Shown here in pieces: positions 45,001 to 55,744 of a stretch of DNA of 64,000 nucleotides. The stretch spans positions 19,840,001 to 19,904,000 of the forward strand of contig OZ059899.1 in NCBI GenBank assembly GCA_964057225.1, given 5' to 3'. Position 1 is the first letter of the stretch, and each line of letters starts with the position of its first letter. The translations under genes were made by a program, and so were the position numbers. Source of the stretch: Auanema rhodensis. Lineage: Eukaryota; Animalia; Nematoda. The notes beneath the pieces are model-generated. The model saw nothing but the letters and a program-made list of their open reading frames with translations, ran no database searches and was not told where the DNA came from.

Positions 45001-48000
45001 TTAGATTTCTTTTTTCAAGGCAAAGACGATGGACATTGTTATTCAACGAAGAAATTGATTCTGCAGGGTGAAAATCGAGGATATAAGTGTGAACTTATAT
45101 CAGTTGATATCTCGGTGCATTTTTAAGCTAGCGCAAATCTGATAACACAGATCGACGCAGCTTAAAAATTCGCATCGAATGCACTATACTGCATTGAGAA
45201 ACGCTTAATACAAAAGTTAGTTATGATCGTTTGAAAAAAGATGCATTAGTGTATGTTGAGTTTCCATGTACACTCAACATTGCTTCCAAAAACATTTTTA
45301 CAAAAATTTTTCCGAAAAATTTCGAAATAATTTCGCAAAAAGTAGATGTTTTTAGATTCCTTTTTTCAAGGCAAAGACGATGGACATTGTTATTCAACGA
45401 AAAAATTGATTCTGCAGGGTGAAAATCGAGGATATAAGTGTGAACTTATATCAGTTGATATCTCGGTGCATTTTTAAGCTAGCGCAAATCTGATAACACA
45501 GATCGACGCAGCTTAAAAATCCGCATCGAATGCACTATACTACATTGAGAAACGCTTAATACAAAACTTAGTTATGATCGTTTGAAAAAAGATGCATTAG
45601 TGTATGTTGAGTTTCCATGTACACTCAACATTGCTTCCAAAAACATTTTGACAAAAATTTTTCCGAAAAATTTCGAAATAATTTCGCAAAAAGTAGATGT
45701 TTTTAGATTCCTTTTTTCAAGGCAAAGACGATGGACATTGTTATTCAACGAAAAAATTGATTCTGCAGGGTGAAAATCGAGGATATAAGTGTGAACTTAT
45801 ATCAGTTGATATCTCGGTGCATTTTTAAGCTAGCGCAAATCTGATAACACAGATCGACGCAGCTTAAAAATTCGCATCGAATGCACTATACTGCATTGAG
45901 AAACGCTTAATACAAAAGTTAGTTATGATCGTTTGAAAAAAGATGCATTAGTGTATGTTGAGTTTCCATGTACACTCAACATTGCTTCCAAAAACATTTT
46001 TACAAAAATTTTTCCGAAAAATTTCGAAATAATTTCGCAAAAAGTAGATGTTTTTAGATTCCTTTTTTCAAGGCAAAGACGATGGACATTGTTATTCAAC
46101 GAAAAATTTGATTCTGCAGGGTGAAAATCGAGGATATAAGTGTGAACTTATATCAGTTGATATCTCGGTGCATTTTTAAGCTAGCGCAAATCTGATAACA
46201 CAGATCGACGCAGCTTAAAAATCCGCATCGAATGCACTATACTACATTGAGAAACGCTTAATACAAAACTTAGTTATGATCGTTTGAAAAAAGATGCATT
46301 AGTGTATGTTGAGTTTCCATGTACACTCAACATTGCTTCCAAAAACATTTTTACAAAAATTTTTCCGAAAAATTTCGAAATAATTTCGCAAAAAGTAGAT
46401 GTTTTTAGATTCCTTTTTTCAAGGCAAAGACGATGGACATTGTTATTCAACGAAAAAATTGATTCTGCAGGGTGAAAATCGAGGATATAAGTGTGAACTT
46501 ATATCAGTTGATATCTCGGTGCATTTTTAAGTTAGCGCAAATCTGATAACACAGATCGACGCAGCTTAAAAATCCGCATCGAATGCACTATACAACATTG
46601 AGAAACGCTTAATACAAAAATTAGTTATGATCGTTTGAAAAATGATGCATTAGTGTATGTTGAGTTTCCATGTACACTCAACATTGCTTCCAAAAACATT
46701 TTTACAAAAATTTTTCCGAAAAATTTCGAAATAATTTCGCAAAAAGTAGATGTTTTTAGATTCCTTTTTTCAAGGCAAAGACGATGGACATTGTTATTCA
46801 ACGAAAAAATTGATTCTGCAGGGTGAAAATCGAGGATATAAGTGTGAACTTATATCAGTTGATATCTCGGTGCATTTTTAAGCTAGCGCAAATCTGATAA
46901 CACAGATCGACGCAGCTTAAAAATTCGCATCGAATGCACTATACTGCATTGAGAAACGCTTAATACAAAAGTTAGTTATGATCGTTTGAAAAAAGATGCA
47001 TTAGTGTATGTTGAGTTTCCATGTACACTCAACATTGCTTCCAAAAACATTTTTACAAAAATTTTTCCGAAAAATTTCGAATTAATTTCGCAAAAAGTAG
47101 ATGTTTTTAGATTCCTTTTTTCAAGGCAAAGACGATGGACATTGTTATTCAACGAAAAAATTGATTCTGCAGGGTGAAAATCGAGGATATAAGTGTGAAC
47201 TTATATCAGTTGATATCTCGGTGCATTTTTAAGCTAGCGCAAATCTGATAACACAGATCGACGCAGCTTAAAAATTCGCATCGAATGCACTATACAACAT
47301 TGAGAAACGCTTAATACAAAAAGTAGTTATGATCAATTGAAAAATGATGCATTAGTGTATGTTGAGTTTCCATGTACACTCAACATTGCTTCCAAAAACA
47401 TTTTTACAAAAATTTTTCCGAAAAATTTCAAAATAATTTCGCAAAAAGTAGATGTTTTTAGATTCCTTTTTTCAAGGCAAAGACGATGGACATTGTTATT
47501 CAACGAAAAAATTGATTCTGCAGGGTGAAACTCGAGGATATAAGTGTGAACTTATATCAGTTGATATCTCGGTGCATTTTTAAGCTAGCGCTAATCTGAT
47601 AACACAGATCGACGCAGCTTAAAAATTCGCATCGAATGCACTATACTGCATTGAGAAACGCTTAATACAAAAGTTAGTTATGATCGTTTGAAAAAAGATG
47701 CATTAGTGTATGTTGAGTTTCCATGTACACTCAACATTGCTTCCAAAAACATTTTTACAAAAATTTTTCCGAAAAATTTCGAAATAATTTCGCAAAAAGT
47801 AGATGTTTTTAGATTCCTTTTTTCAAGGCAAAGACGATGGACATTGTTATTCAACGAAAAAATTGATTCTGCAGGGTGAAACTCGAGGATATAAGTGTGA
47901 ACTTATATCAGTTGATATCTCGGTGCATTTTTAAGCTAGCGCTAATCTGATAACACAGATCGACGCAGCTTAAAAATTCGCATCGAATGCACTATACTGC

Positions 48001-51000
48001 ATTGAGAAACGCTTAATACAAAAGTTAGTTATGATCGTTTGAAAAAAGATGCATTAGTGTATGTTGAGTTTCCATGTACACTCAACATTGCTTCCAAAAA
48101 CATTTTTACAAAAATTTTTCCGAAAAATTTCGAAATAATTTCGCAAAAAGTAGATGTTTTTAGATTCCTTTTCTCAAGGCAAAGACGATGGACATTGTTA
48201 TTCAACGAAAAAATTGATTCTGCAGGGTGAAAATCGAGGATATAAGTGTGAACTTATATCAGTTGATATCTCGGTGCATTTTTAAGCTAGCGCAAATCTG
48301 ATAACACAGATCGACGCAGCTTAAAAATTCGCATCGAATGCACTATACAACATTGAGGAACGCTTAATACAAAAATTAGTTATGATCGTTTGAAAAATGA
48401 TGCATTAGTGTATGTTGAGTTTCCATGTACACTCAACATTGCTTCCAAAAACATTTTTACAAAAATTTTTCCGAAAAATTTCGAAATAATTTCGCAAAAA
48501 GTAGATGTTTTTAGATTCCTTTTTTCAAGGCAAAGACGATGGACATTGTTATTCAACGAAAAAATTGATTCTGCAGGGTGAAAATCGAGGATATAAGTGT
48601 GAACTTATATCAGTTGATATCTCGGTGCATTTTTAAGCTAGCGCTAATCTGATAACACAGATCGACGCAGCTTAAAAATCCGCATCGAATGCACTATACA
48701 ACATTGAGAAACGCTTAATACAAAAATTAGTTATGATCGTTTGAAAAATGATGCATTAGTGTATGTTGAGTTTCCATGTACACTCAACATTGCTTCCAAA
48801 AACATTTTTACAAAAATTTTTCCGAAAAATTTCGAAATAATTTCGCAAAAAGTAGATGTTTTTAGATTTCTTTTTTCAAGGCAAAGACGATGGACATTGT
48901 TATTCAACGAAGAAATTGATTCTGCAGGGTGAAAATCGAGGATATAAGTGTGAACTTATATCAGTTGATATCTCGGTGCATTTTTAAGCTAGCGCAAATC
49001 TGATAACACAGATCGACGCAGCTTAAAAATTCGCATCGAATGCACTATACTGCATTGAGAAACGCTTAATACAAAAGTTAGTTATGATCGTTTGAAAAAA
49101 GATGCATTAGTGTATGTTGAGTTTCCATGTACACTCAACATTGCTTCCAAAAACATTTTTACAAAAATTTTTCCGAAAAATTTCGAAATAATTTCGCAAA
49201 AAGTAGATGTTTTTAGATTCCTTTTTTCAAGGCAAAGACGATGGACATTGTTATTCAACGAAAAAATTGATTCTGCAGGGTGAAAATCGAGGATATAAGT
49301 GTGAACTTATATCAGTTGATATCTCGGTGCATTTTTAAGCTAGCGCAAATCTGATAACACAGATCGACGCAGCTTAAAAATCCGCATCGAATGCACTATA
49401 CAACATTGAGAAACGCTTAATACAAAAATTAGTTATGATCGTTTGAAAAATGATGCATTAGTGTATGTTGAGTTTCCATGTACACTCAACATTGCTTCCA
49501 AAAACATTTTTACAAAAATTTTTCCGAAAAATTTCGAAATAATTTCGCAAAAAGTAGATGTTTTTAGATTCCTTTTTTCAAGGCAAAGACGATGGACATT
49601 GTTATTCAACGAAAAAATTGATTCTGCAGGGTGAAAATCGAGGATATAAGTGTGAACTTATATCAGTTGATATCTCGGTGCATTTTTAAGCTAGCGCAAA
49701 TCTGATAACACAGATCGACGCAGCTTAAAAATTCGCATCGAATGCACTATACTGCATTGAGAAACGCTTAATACAAAAGTTAGTTATGATCGTTTGAAAA
49801 AAGATGCATTAGTGTATGTTGAGTTTCCATGTACACTCAACATTGCTTCCAAAAACATTTTTACAAAAATTTTTCCGAAAAATTTCGAAATAATTTCGCA
49901 AAAAGTAGATGTTTTTAGATTCCTTTTTTCAAGGCAAAGACGATGGACATTGTTATTCAACGAAAAAATTGATTCTGCAGGGTGAAAATCGAGGATATAA
50001 GTGTGAACTTATATCAGTTGATATCTCGGTGCATTTTTAAGCTAGCGCAAATCTGATAACACAGATCGACGCAGCTTAAAAATTCGCATCGAATGCACTA
50101 TACAACATTGAGAAACGCTTAATACAAAAATTAGTTATGATCGTTTGAAAAATGATGCATTAGTGTATGTTGAGTTTCCATGTACACTCAACATTGCTTC
50201 CAAAAACATTTTTACAAAAATTTTTCCGAAAAATTTCGAAATAATTTCGCAAAAAGTAGATGTTTTTAGATTCCTTTTTTCAAGGCAAAGACGATGGACA
50301 TTGTTATTCAACGAAAAAATTGATTCTGCAGGGTGAAACTCGAGGATATAAGTGTGAACTTATATCAGTTGATATCTCGGTGCATTTTTAAGCTAGCGCT
50401 AATCTGATAACACAGATCGACGCAGCTTAAAAATTCGCATCGAATGCACTATACTGCATTGAGAAACGCTTAATACAAAAGTTAGTTATGATCGTTTGAA
50501 AAAAGATGCATTAGTGTATGTTGAGTTTCCATGTACACTCAACATTGCTTCCAAAAACATTTTTACAAAAATTTTTCCGAAAAATTTCGAAATAATTTCG
50601 CAAAAAGTAGATGTTTTTAGATTCCTTTTTTCAAGGCAAAGACGATGGACATTGTTATTCAACGAAAAAATTGATTCTGCAGGGTGAAAATCGAGGATAT
50701 AAGTGTGAACTTATATCAGTTGATATCTCGGTGCATTTTTAAGCTAGCGCAAATCTGATAACACAGATCGACGCAGCTTAAAAATTCGCATCGAATGCAC
50801 TATACAACATTGAGGAACGCTTAATACAAAAATTAGTTATGATCGTTTGAAAAATGATGCATTAGTGTATGTTGAGTTTCCATGTACACTCAACATTGCT
50901 TCCAAAAACATTTTTACAAAAATTTTTCCGAAAAATTTCGAAATAATTTCGCAAAAAGTAGATGTTTTTAGATTCCTTTTTTTAAGGCAAAGACGATGGA

Positions 51001-51585
51001 CATTGTTATTCAACGAAAAAATTGATTCTGCAGGGTGAAAATCGAGGATATAAGTGTGAACTTATATCAGTTGATATCTCGGTGCATTTTTAAGCTAGCG
51101 CAAATCTGATAACACAGCTCGACGCAGCTTAAAAATCCGCATCGAATGCACTATACAACATTGAGAAACGCTTAATACAAAAATTAGTTATAATCGTTTG
51201 AAAAATGATGCATTAGTGTATGTTGAGTTTCCATGTACACTCAACATTGCTTCCAAAAACATTTTGACAAAAATTTTTCCGAAAAATTTCAAAATAATTT
51301 CGCAAAAAGTAGATGTTTTTAGATTCCTTTTTTCAAGGCAAAGACGATGGACAATGTTATTCAACGAAAAAATTAATTCTGCAGGGTGAAAATCGAGGAT
51401 ATAAGTGTGAATTTATATCAGTTGATATCTCGGTGCATTTTTAAGCTAGCGCAAATCTGATAACACAGATCGACGCAGCTTAAAAATCCGCATCGAATGC
51501 ACTATACTACATTGAGAAACGCTTGATACAAAAATTAGTTATGATCGTTTGAAAAAAGATGCATTAGTGTATGTTGAGTTTCCAT
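1..51585. repeat. 351-bp tandem satellite DNA array, ~147 monomers, continues upstream of the window
   Basis: The same monomer recurs every 351 bp (ORF-track starts 314, 665, 1016 ... 37520; after one 11-bp deletion 38211 ... 51198). Monomers differ by a few substitutions. The array ends mid-monomer at ...gagtttccat (51585). Confidence 0.99.
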
Positions 51586-51922
51586 CGTTCCATTCGGAAA
51601 TCAATACGTAGCAGGCGGGTTAGAATCAGACGACATGAGGCTGAGAGAGGACGACACGCCCTTCATATGGAACACAGACTTCAGCTTTGCCTTATGGAAT
51701 GACTATGGATGGTTGGTCTTCCTTTCTTAGCTCTCTTTCACTTTATATCTTTATGTAGACTTATATAACTTATTGTAATCATGTAGACAAAATAAACCTT
51801 TCTTTCTCGAGTCTTATGTTTACCCATTATGCTCTTTATCTACCGCTACATCTGGAATACTATCACACTCATCTTGTAGGCTTTATTGGTCTATAGGATC
51901 GACGTGAGAGCATAACGGAACG
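51586..51922 (+). repeat. 5' LTR (337 bp), termini CGTTCC...GGAACG
   Basis: The start is defined by departure from the satellite and by identity with the 63834 copy. The end is defined by the terminal inverted repeat GGAACG immediately followed by the PBS. Confidence 0.9.
51762..51796 (+). promoter_or_regulatory. Candidate LTR TATA box (TATATAA, 51762-51768) and polyadenylation signal (AATAAA, 51791-51796)
   Basis: Motifs in the expected order inside the LTR. The AT-rich context makes chance matches possible. Confidence 0.45.
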
Positions 51923-51935
51923 TGGAGGTTCCACC
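51923..51935 (+). promoter_or_regulatory. Primer-binding site complementary to the 3' end of tRNA-Gln
   Basis: TGGAGGTTCCACC directly abuts the LTR end. It is the reverse complement of ...GGTGGAACCT-CCA, the 3' end of animal tRNA-Gln. Confidence 0.85.
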
Positions 51936-53327
51936 TCGAACATTTTATCTTGATTTCTTGACTATTTTCTCTTATATGTCGTTATTTTCAATATTTCATT
52001 GAATCTGAATTTTCTTATATCTCTAAACCATCTACTCCATGTCTTAACACAATACGGTGGGGCCAACAACGTTTAAAAGGGAACAGATGCAAGGACCACT
52101 CCTTTTGGAGATGGATATTTTATATTTTTTGAAACTGAAGTTATATTTTCCCGTTTGTTCACAATTTTCTGTCTGTCTGAACCCAACAATTTTTATACCC
52201 TTGCTGTTAACATCGAATACTCTGTTACCCGAACTCGAAGCATTTTTGAGGACCCTAGGATGAATTAGTGAACAAATTCACCTAAGGATATTTTTATTGA
52301 GATTTATGCCCACACTTTCTCCTTTTAAGGATTGATTTTGGCTTCGAGGAAAGAATAGCCACGGTTATTTCTTTATTTTTGTGGATGAAACAATTTTGTG
52401 CACCAAATTGAGTTTATTTCATATTTTGCGATCCGGACTATTTTATTTTGCGTTACATTTCTGTTCAGACAACTTTTTGCCATTAACATCCAAAAATATT
52501 TTGATAACGCATTGAATTTACACGGGAAACCTCACCTAAATGGGAGGAATATTATGAAAAGTGAAATTTAAGATCGCTATAGTCCGAAAAATCCTGTACA
52601 ATTTTACGAACTGAATTATTATTAGTGATTGTCTATCAGGTCGTGTTGGCTTAAGCATATCAGTTTGGATTTTCTCCCCTTACTATATGTCACCTTCCTC
52701 ATACCGTTATTGTTGTTTTGAAGCATAAGACTCATTCCTAAACACCATAATTCTTTAAATATAGTTATTGTAATCTTTAGTCATCTATTCCTAGCCATAA
52801 TTTTAAAACTAGATTTCTGATCATGATGGGACTACGGTACTCATTCGTTTTCCAAATTGCTTCCTTAAAGAGTAATGCTATTACGAATGTACATTATGAA
52901 AACCGCTAAAATCCTTTGAACATTTACCAAAGTCCATTTTCGTGGCATTTTCGATCACTCGTGAGTCCAAAAAGATCAGAATCGTCAGAAAAAGAAAAAA
53001 AAATGGGAATAAGGACTAATGAGATTGCTCAGGCATCAATCAAGTGAGCACTGAACATTTTTGAACATATACAAACTGGTTGAATTATATACATTTAAGA
53101 ATATTAAATTGGGAAGCGAACAAAGTCCAAATTTTCATACGGTAGTAGGCGGATCTCTGTTGATGGCCACAACTTAGATTCATTCCTCAACGCCGTTATA
53201 CAAACCAGTTACTCACAGCTTTCTCACCCCTTTTCCAAAACTCCTTATCCATAACATTCATTAACGTCTCAAAATCCCCCACGTTACTAAACACTCAAGG
53301 TTTTTCCAAACCAAGAGCGCTACCAAA

Positions 53328-55082
53328 GTGGATAAGCGATTCCGATCAGCTGTACCTCTCAGTACACGAACTGATTTTGATCTGCGAGACTCAGCTCCAC
53401 TCCCCAGAAGCCGAGCTCGCGCGCAGAGCATCGCTATAATCGAAGACGAGCAGAAAGCCGAGCACAAAACCGACAAATTCTTTACTCCTCGTGCAGGCAC
53501 TTATTCACCTACTGAACGATTAAGCGACGAGGATTACGTACCACCAGGAGGAGAAGAAACATCCGTCATAGTGGAAGAACAAACACCAGTTACTGCTAAA
53601 AAGGTACGCTCCTCTAATTCAAATAAAAATAAGAAAAAAAAAAATAAAAACTCAAGCAATTCGGACGCATCTCTCTCTCTGTCCATCCCTGAACCAACAG
53701 TTTCACCTTCAGTGGCCACTACTAGTGCAGGCGGTTTACAAACTTTTAAAAACATAGTTTCTGATCTCTTCAATCGTTCACCAAAAGATCGAAACTTGAA
53801 CACCAGTCACACGAATAGATACTCGTCGGTTCCAAACATTAATTCATCTCCCATACAACCACCCGAACATACACATCTTGCTATTACTGATAACCAAACT
53901 TCAACCCCAATTTTACCAAATACAACAACAGGAAGTTCAAAAGCACCAAACCAACCCAGCCGCTCAGTACACACAACCCCTGTGTCTGAGAACTCATTAA
54001 CAACAGGCAGAGTGATAAAAATGCCATCTGCCCGTACAAGTAATATAGCAACTGAACCCTCTTTACCTGGGGCAGGGAAAACTACCATAGCGCAAGCCTT
54101 GTTATCACCCTACTGCCCAACTTATGATGGCAGTCGCAACTTTCGAGATTTCACGGCTAAATTCAACCTATTTGCCAACGCTGTAGGTCTGGTAATCCCG
54201 GAGAGATTAGCCCTCCTACCTTTGCTTCTTAAAAACGAAGCAGCGGAAGAAGCGTACAGGCAAGTACCTAAACAATTAAAAACCACCGGTTCATGGAATG
54301 ACCTGTTAAGAGCTTTAACATCTAAGCTGTGTCCTGAATATAATCAGGACCCCGCGCTGATCAATCTCCAAAATACAACCCAAGGAGATCTGACAATTGA
54401 CGCTTACGCTCAATCACTGAGAACGATTGCACTAAGCGCTTTTGCCACGGATGACCCTCACAAAGATCACATATTAAGATCAACTTTCCTCAGAGGACTG
54501 AAAAATACTCTGAAACCAGCTGTGATTCGAGCGAAGCCAAAATCCTTCACGGATGCGATTGAGGCTGCTCGCTGGGAAGAATCAATAATGAACCAGACAA
54601 CAGACACGCAGTCCATGCTAGTCAATGCTGTAAACAAAGCACTAGCTCCTTTCGCGCGCACAAACGAGAGACGAGATAACCGAAATTTCGATCGTAATTA
54701 TCCACGTGATAACCAAAACAATAAAAATTATCATAATTATCAAAATTATCAGAAAAATAAAAACTTTTCAAAATATAATAACAACCAAAATCGTAACGGC
54801 TCTTTTGCTACTTATCGCCGTAACAATAATTATGAACGAAATTCGGGACGATTTAATAACAACTGGCATTCAAACAATTTTAATCCTTCAAACAATAATA
54901 GAAGAGGAAGGACTAATGAACATAACGGACAAAGAAGAGTCCATTTTAACAATCAAAGAGATCAATCAAGAGGACGAGATAGAAGCACATCACGAATTAA
55001 CTCTGTGACCCTTTCACCGTTATCACTAACGGTTGTAATGGCAATCACAGTAGCAATTTTCCTGCCATGTGTAACTTTATAA
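53328..55082 (+). CDS. gag: Gag: S/T/P-rich N-terminal extension, Ty3/Gypsy capsid domain (~54108-54581), N/R-rich basic NC-like tail; stop created by rearrangement junction
   Basis: PTYDGSRNFRDF...RLALLPLLL...SWNDLLRAL...QGDLTIDAYAQSL...FLRGL...PKSFTDAIEAA is a retrotransposon-gag capsid pattern. The frame is open from 53265, the track start is GTG, and the first ATG is at 54021. Confidence 0.85.
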   Translation: MDKRFRSAVPLSTRTDFDLRDSAPLPRSRARAQSIAIIEDEQKAEHKTDKFFTPRAGTYSPTERLSDEDYVPPGGEETSVIVEEQTPVTAKKVRSSNSNKNKKKKNKNSSNSDASLSLSIPEPTVSPSVATTSAGGLQTFKNIVSDLFNRSPKDRNLNTSHTNRYSSVPNINSSPIQPPEHTHLAITDNQTSTPILPNTTTGSSKAPNQPSRSVHTTPVSENSLTTGRVIKMPSARTSNIATEPSLPGAGKTTIAQALLSPYCPTYDGSRNFRDFTAKFNLFANAVGLVIPERLALLPLLLKNEAAEEAYRQVPKQLKTTGSWNDLLRALTSKLCPEYNQDPALINLQNTTQGDLTIDAYAQSLRTIALSAFATDDPHKDHILRSTFLRGLKNTLKPAVIRAKPKSFTDAIEAARWEESIMNQTTDTQSMLVNAVNKALAPFARTNERRDNRNFDRNYPRDNQNNKNYHNYQNYQKNKNFSKYNNNQNRNGSFATYRRNNNYERNSGRFNNNWHSNNFNPSNNNRRGRTNEHNGQRRVHFNNQRDQSRGRDRSTSRINSVTLSPLSLTVVMAITVAIFLPCVTL

Positions 55083-55245
55083 AATTTATGAGAAATCTTT
55101 AAGACATTTTCTCAAACAATATGATTTTCGTGATAAAGACGAAGCCATTTTACAATATGTTGCTCAAAGAGAATTAGCTTTAGCTACTAAAGCTGGAATA
55201 TCTTATTTAACATCCAGGCAACTTCTTCAACAAATATCAGATCGT

Positions 55246-55713
55246 TTGACCGTTATTGAATTTGATCGGTTAATTCGTACAAAAGAAGGCACTTATCGAG
55301 AGCGTGCTGAAACTATTGCTCTTGATTTAGCCAATACACCAGTTATAATTGAAGAAAAATTAACAGTTCCATCAAGACAAGAAATATTAAAAGCATTCGT
55401 AAAAATGCCACCAATAAGGAAACAATTATTAACTGATCAAGAAGAAAGAAACAGCAAATTTATAAAAGATACAATTGACCTTGTACATGAGCTAAAAACT
55501 CTCGTTACGCTTAGAAGAAATAAAACAGCAGCTGATATTGATGACATAAAATTTATAAACCTTCATCTTCACGAATGTTTGTACTTGATACTGATAAATT
55601 GTTCTATGACATCAAGAATAATTTTGGAATACCAATTGGACCACATCCCAAGCTCAAAGAGCCCAACAACATCTCTAAAGACTTATTATTGGAAATATTT
55701 TTACCACTACTAA
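55246..55713 (+). pseudogene. Duplicated internal fragment of the env region
   Basis: The peptide is near-identical to the C-terminal 155 aa of ORF 55745-57871 (one K/R difference, apart from the TTG start read as M). Confidence 0.9.
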
Positions 55714-55744
55714 ACGATAATATTTTGCCTAATACATCTAGTCC

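Noticed and set aside
314-51389. ~140 copies of a 63-aa ORF as a tandem microprotein gene family
   Set aside because: It starts at TTG rather than ATG, has no recognisable domain, variants are frequently non-synonymous, and copies with stop codons are amplified within HORs. It is a by-product of the satellite monomer.
1-51585. CRISPR array, or 5S/SL-RNA/tRNA gene tandem array
   Set aside because: There are no unique spacers, and I recognise no 5S, spliced-leader or tRNA sequence in the monomer. An Rfam/Infernal search would be the definitive test.
51586-51922. Satellite derived from the LTR (337 vs 351 bp)
   Set aside because: No visible sequence similarity; the lengths are only coincidentally close.
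52057-52263. 68-aa ORF in the leader
   Set aside because: GTG start, short, and no recognisable features.
54066-54086. P-loop-like PGAGKTT in Gag
   Set aside because: It does not fit the full Walker A consensus, has no NTPase context, and lies in a disordered region before the capsid.
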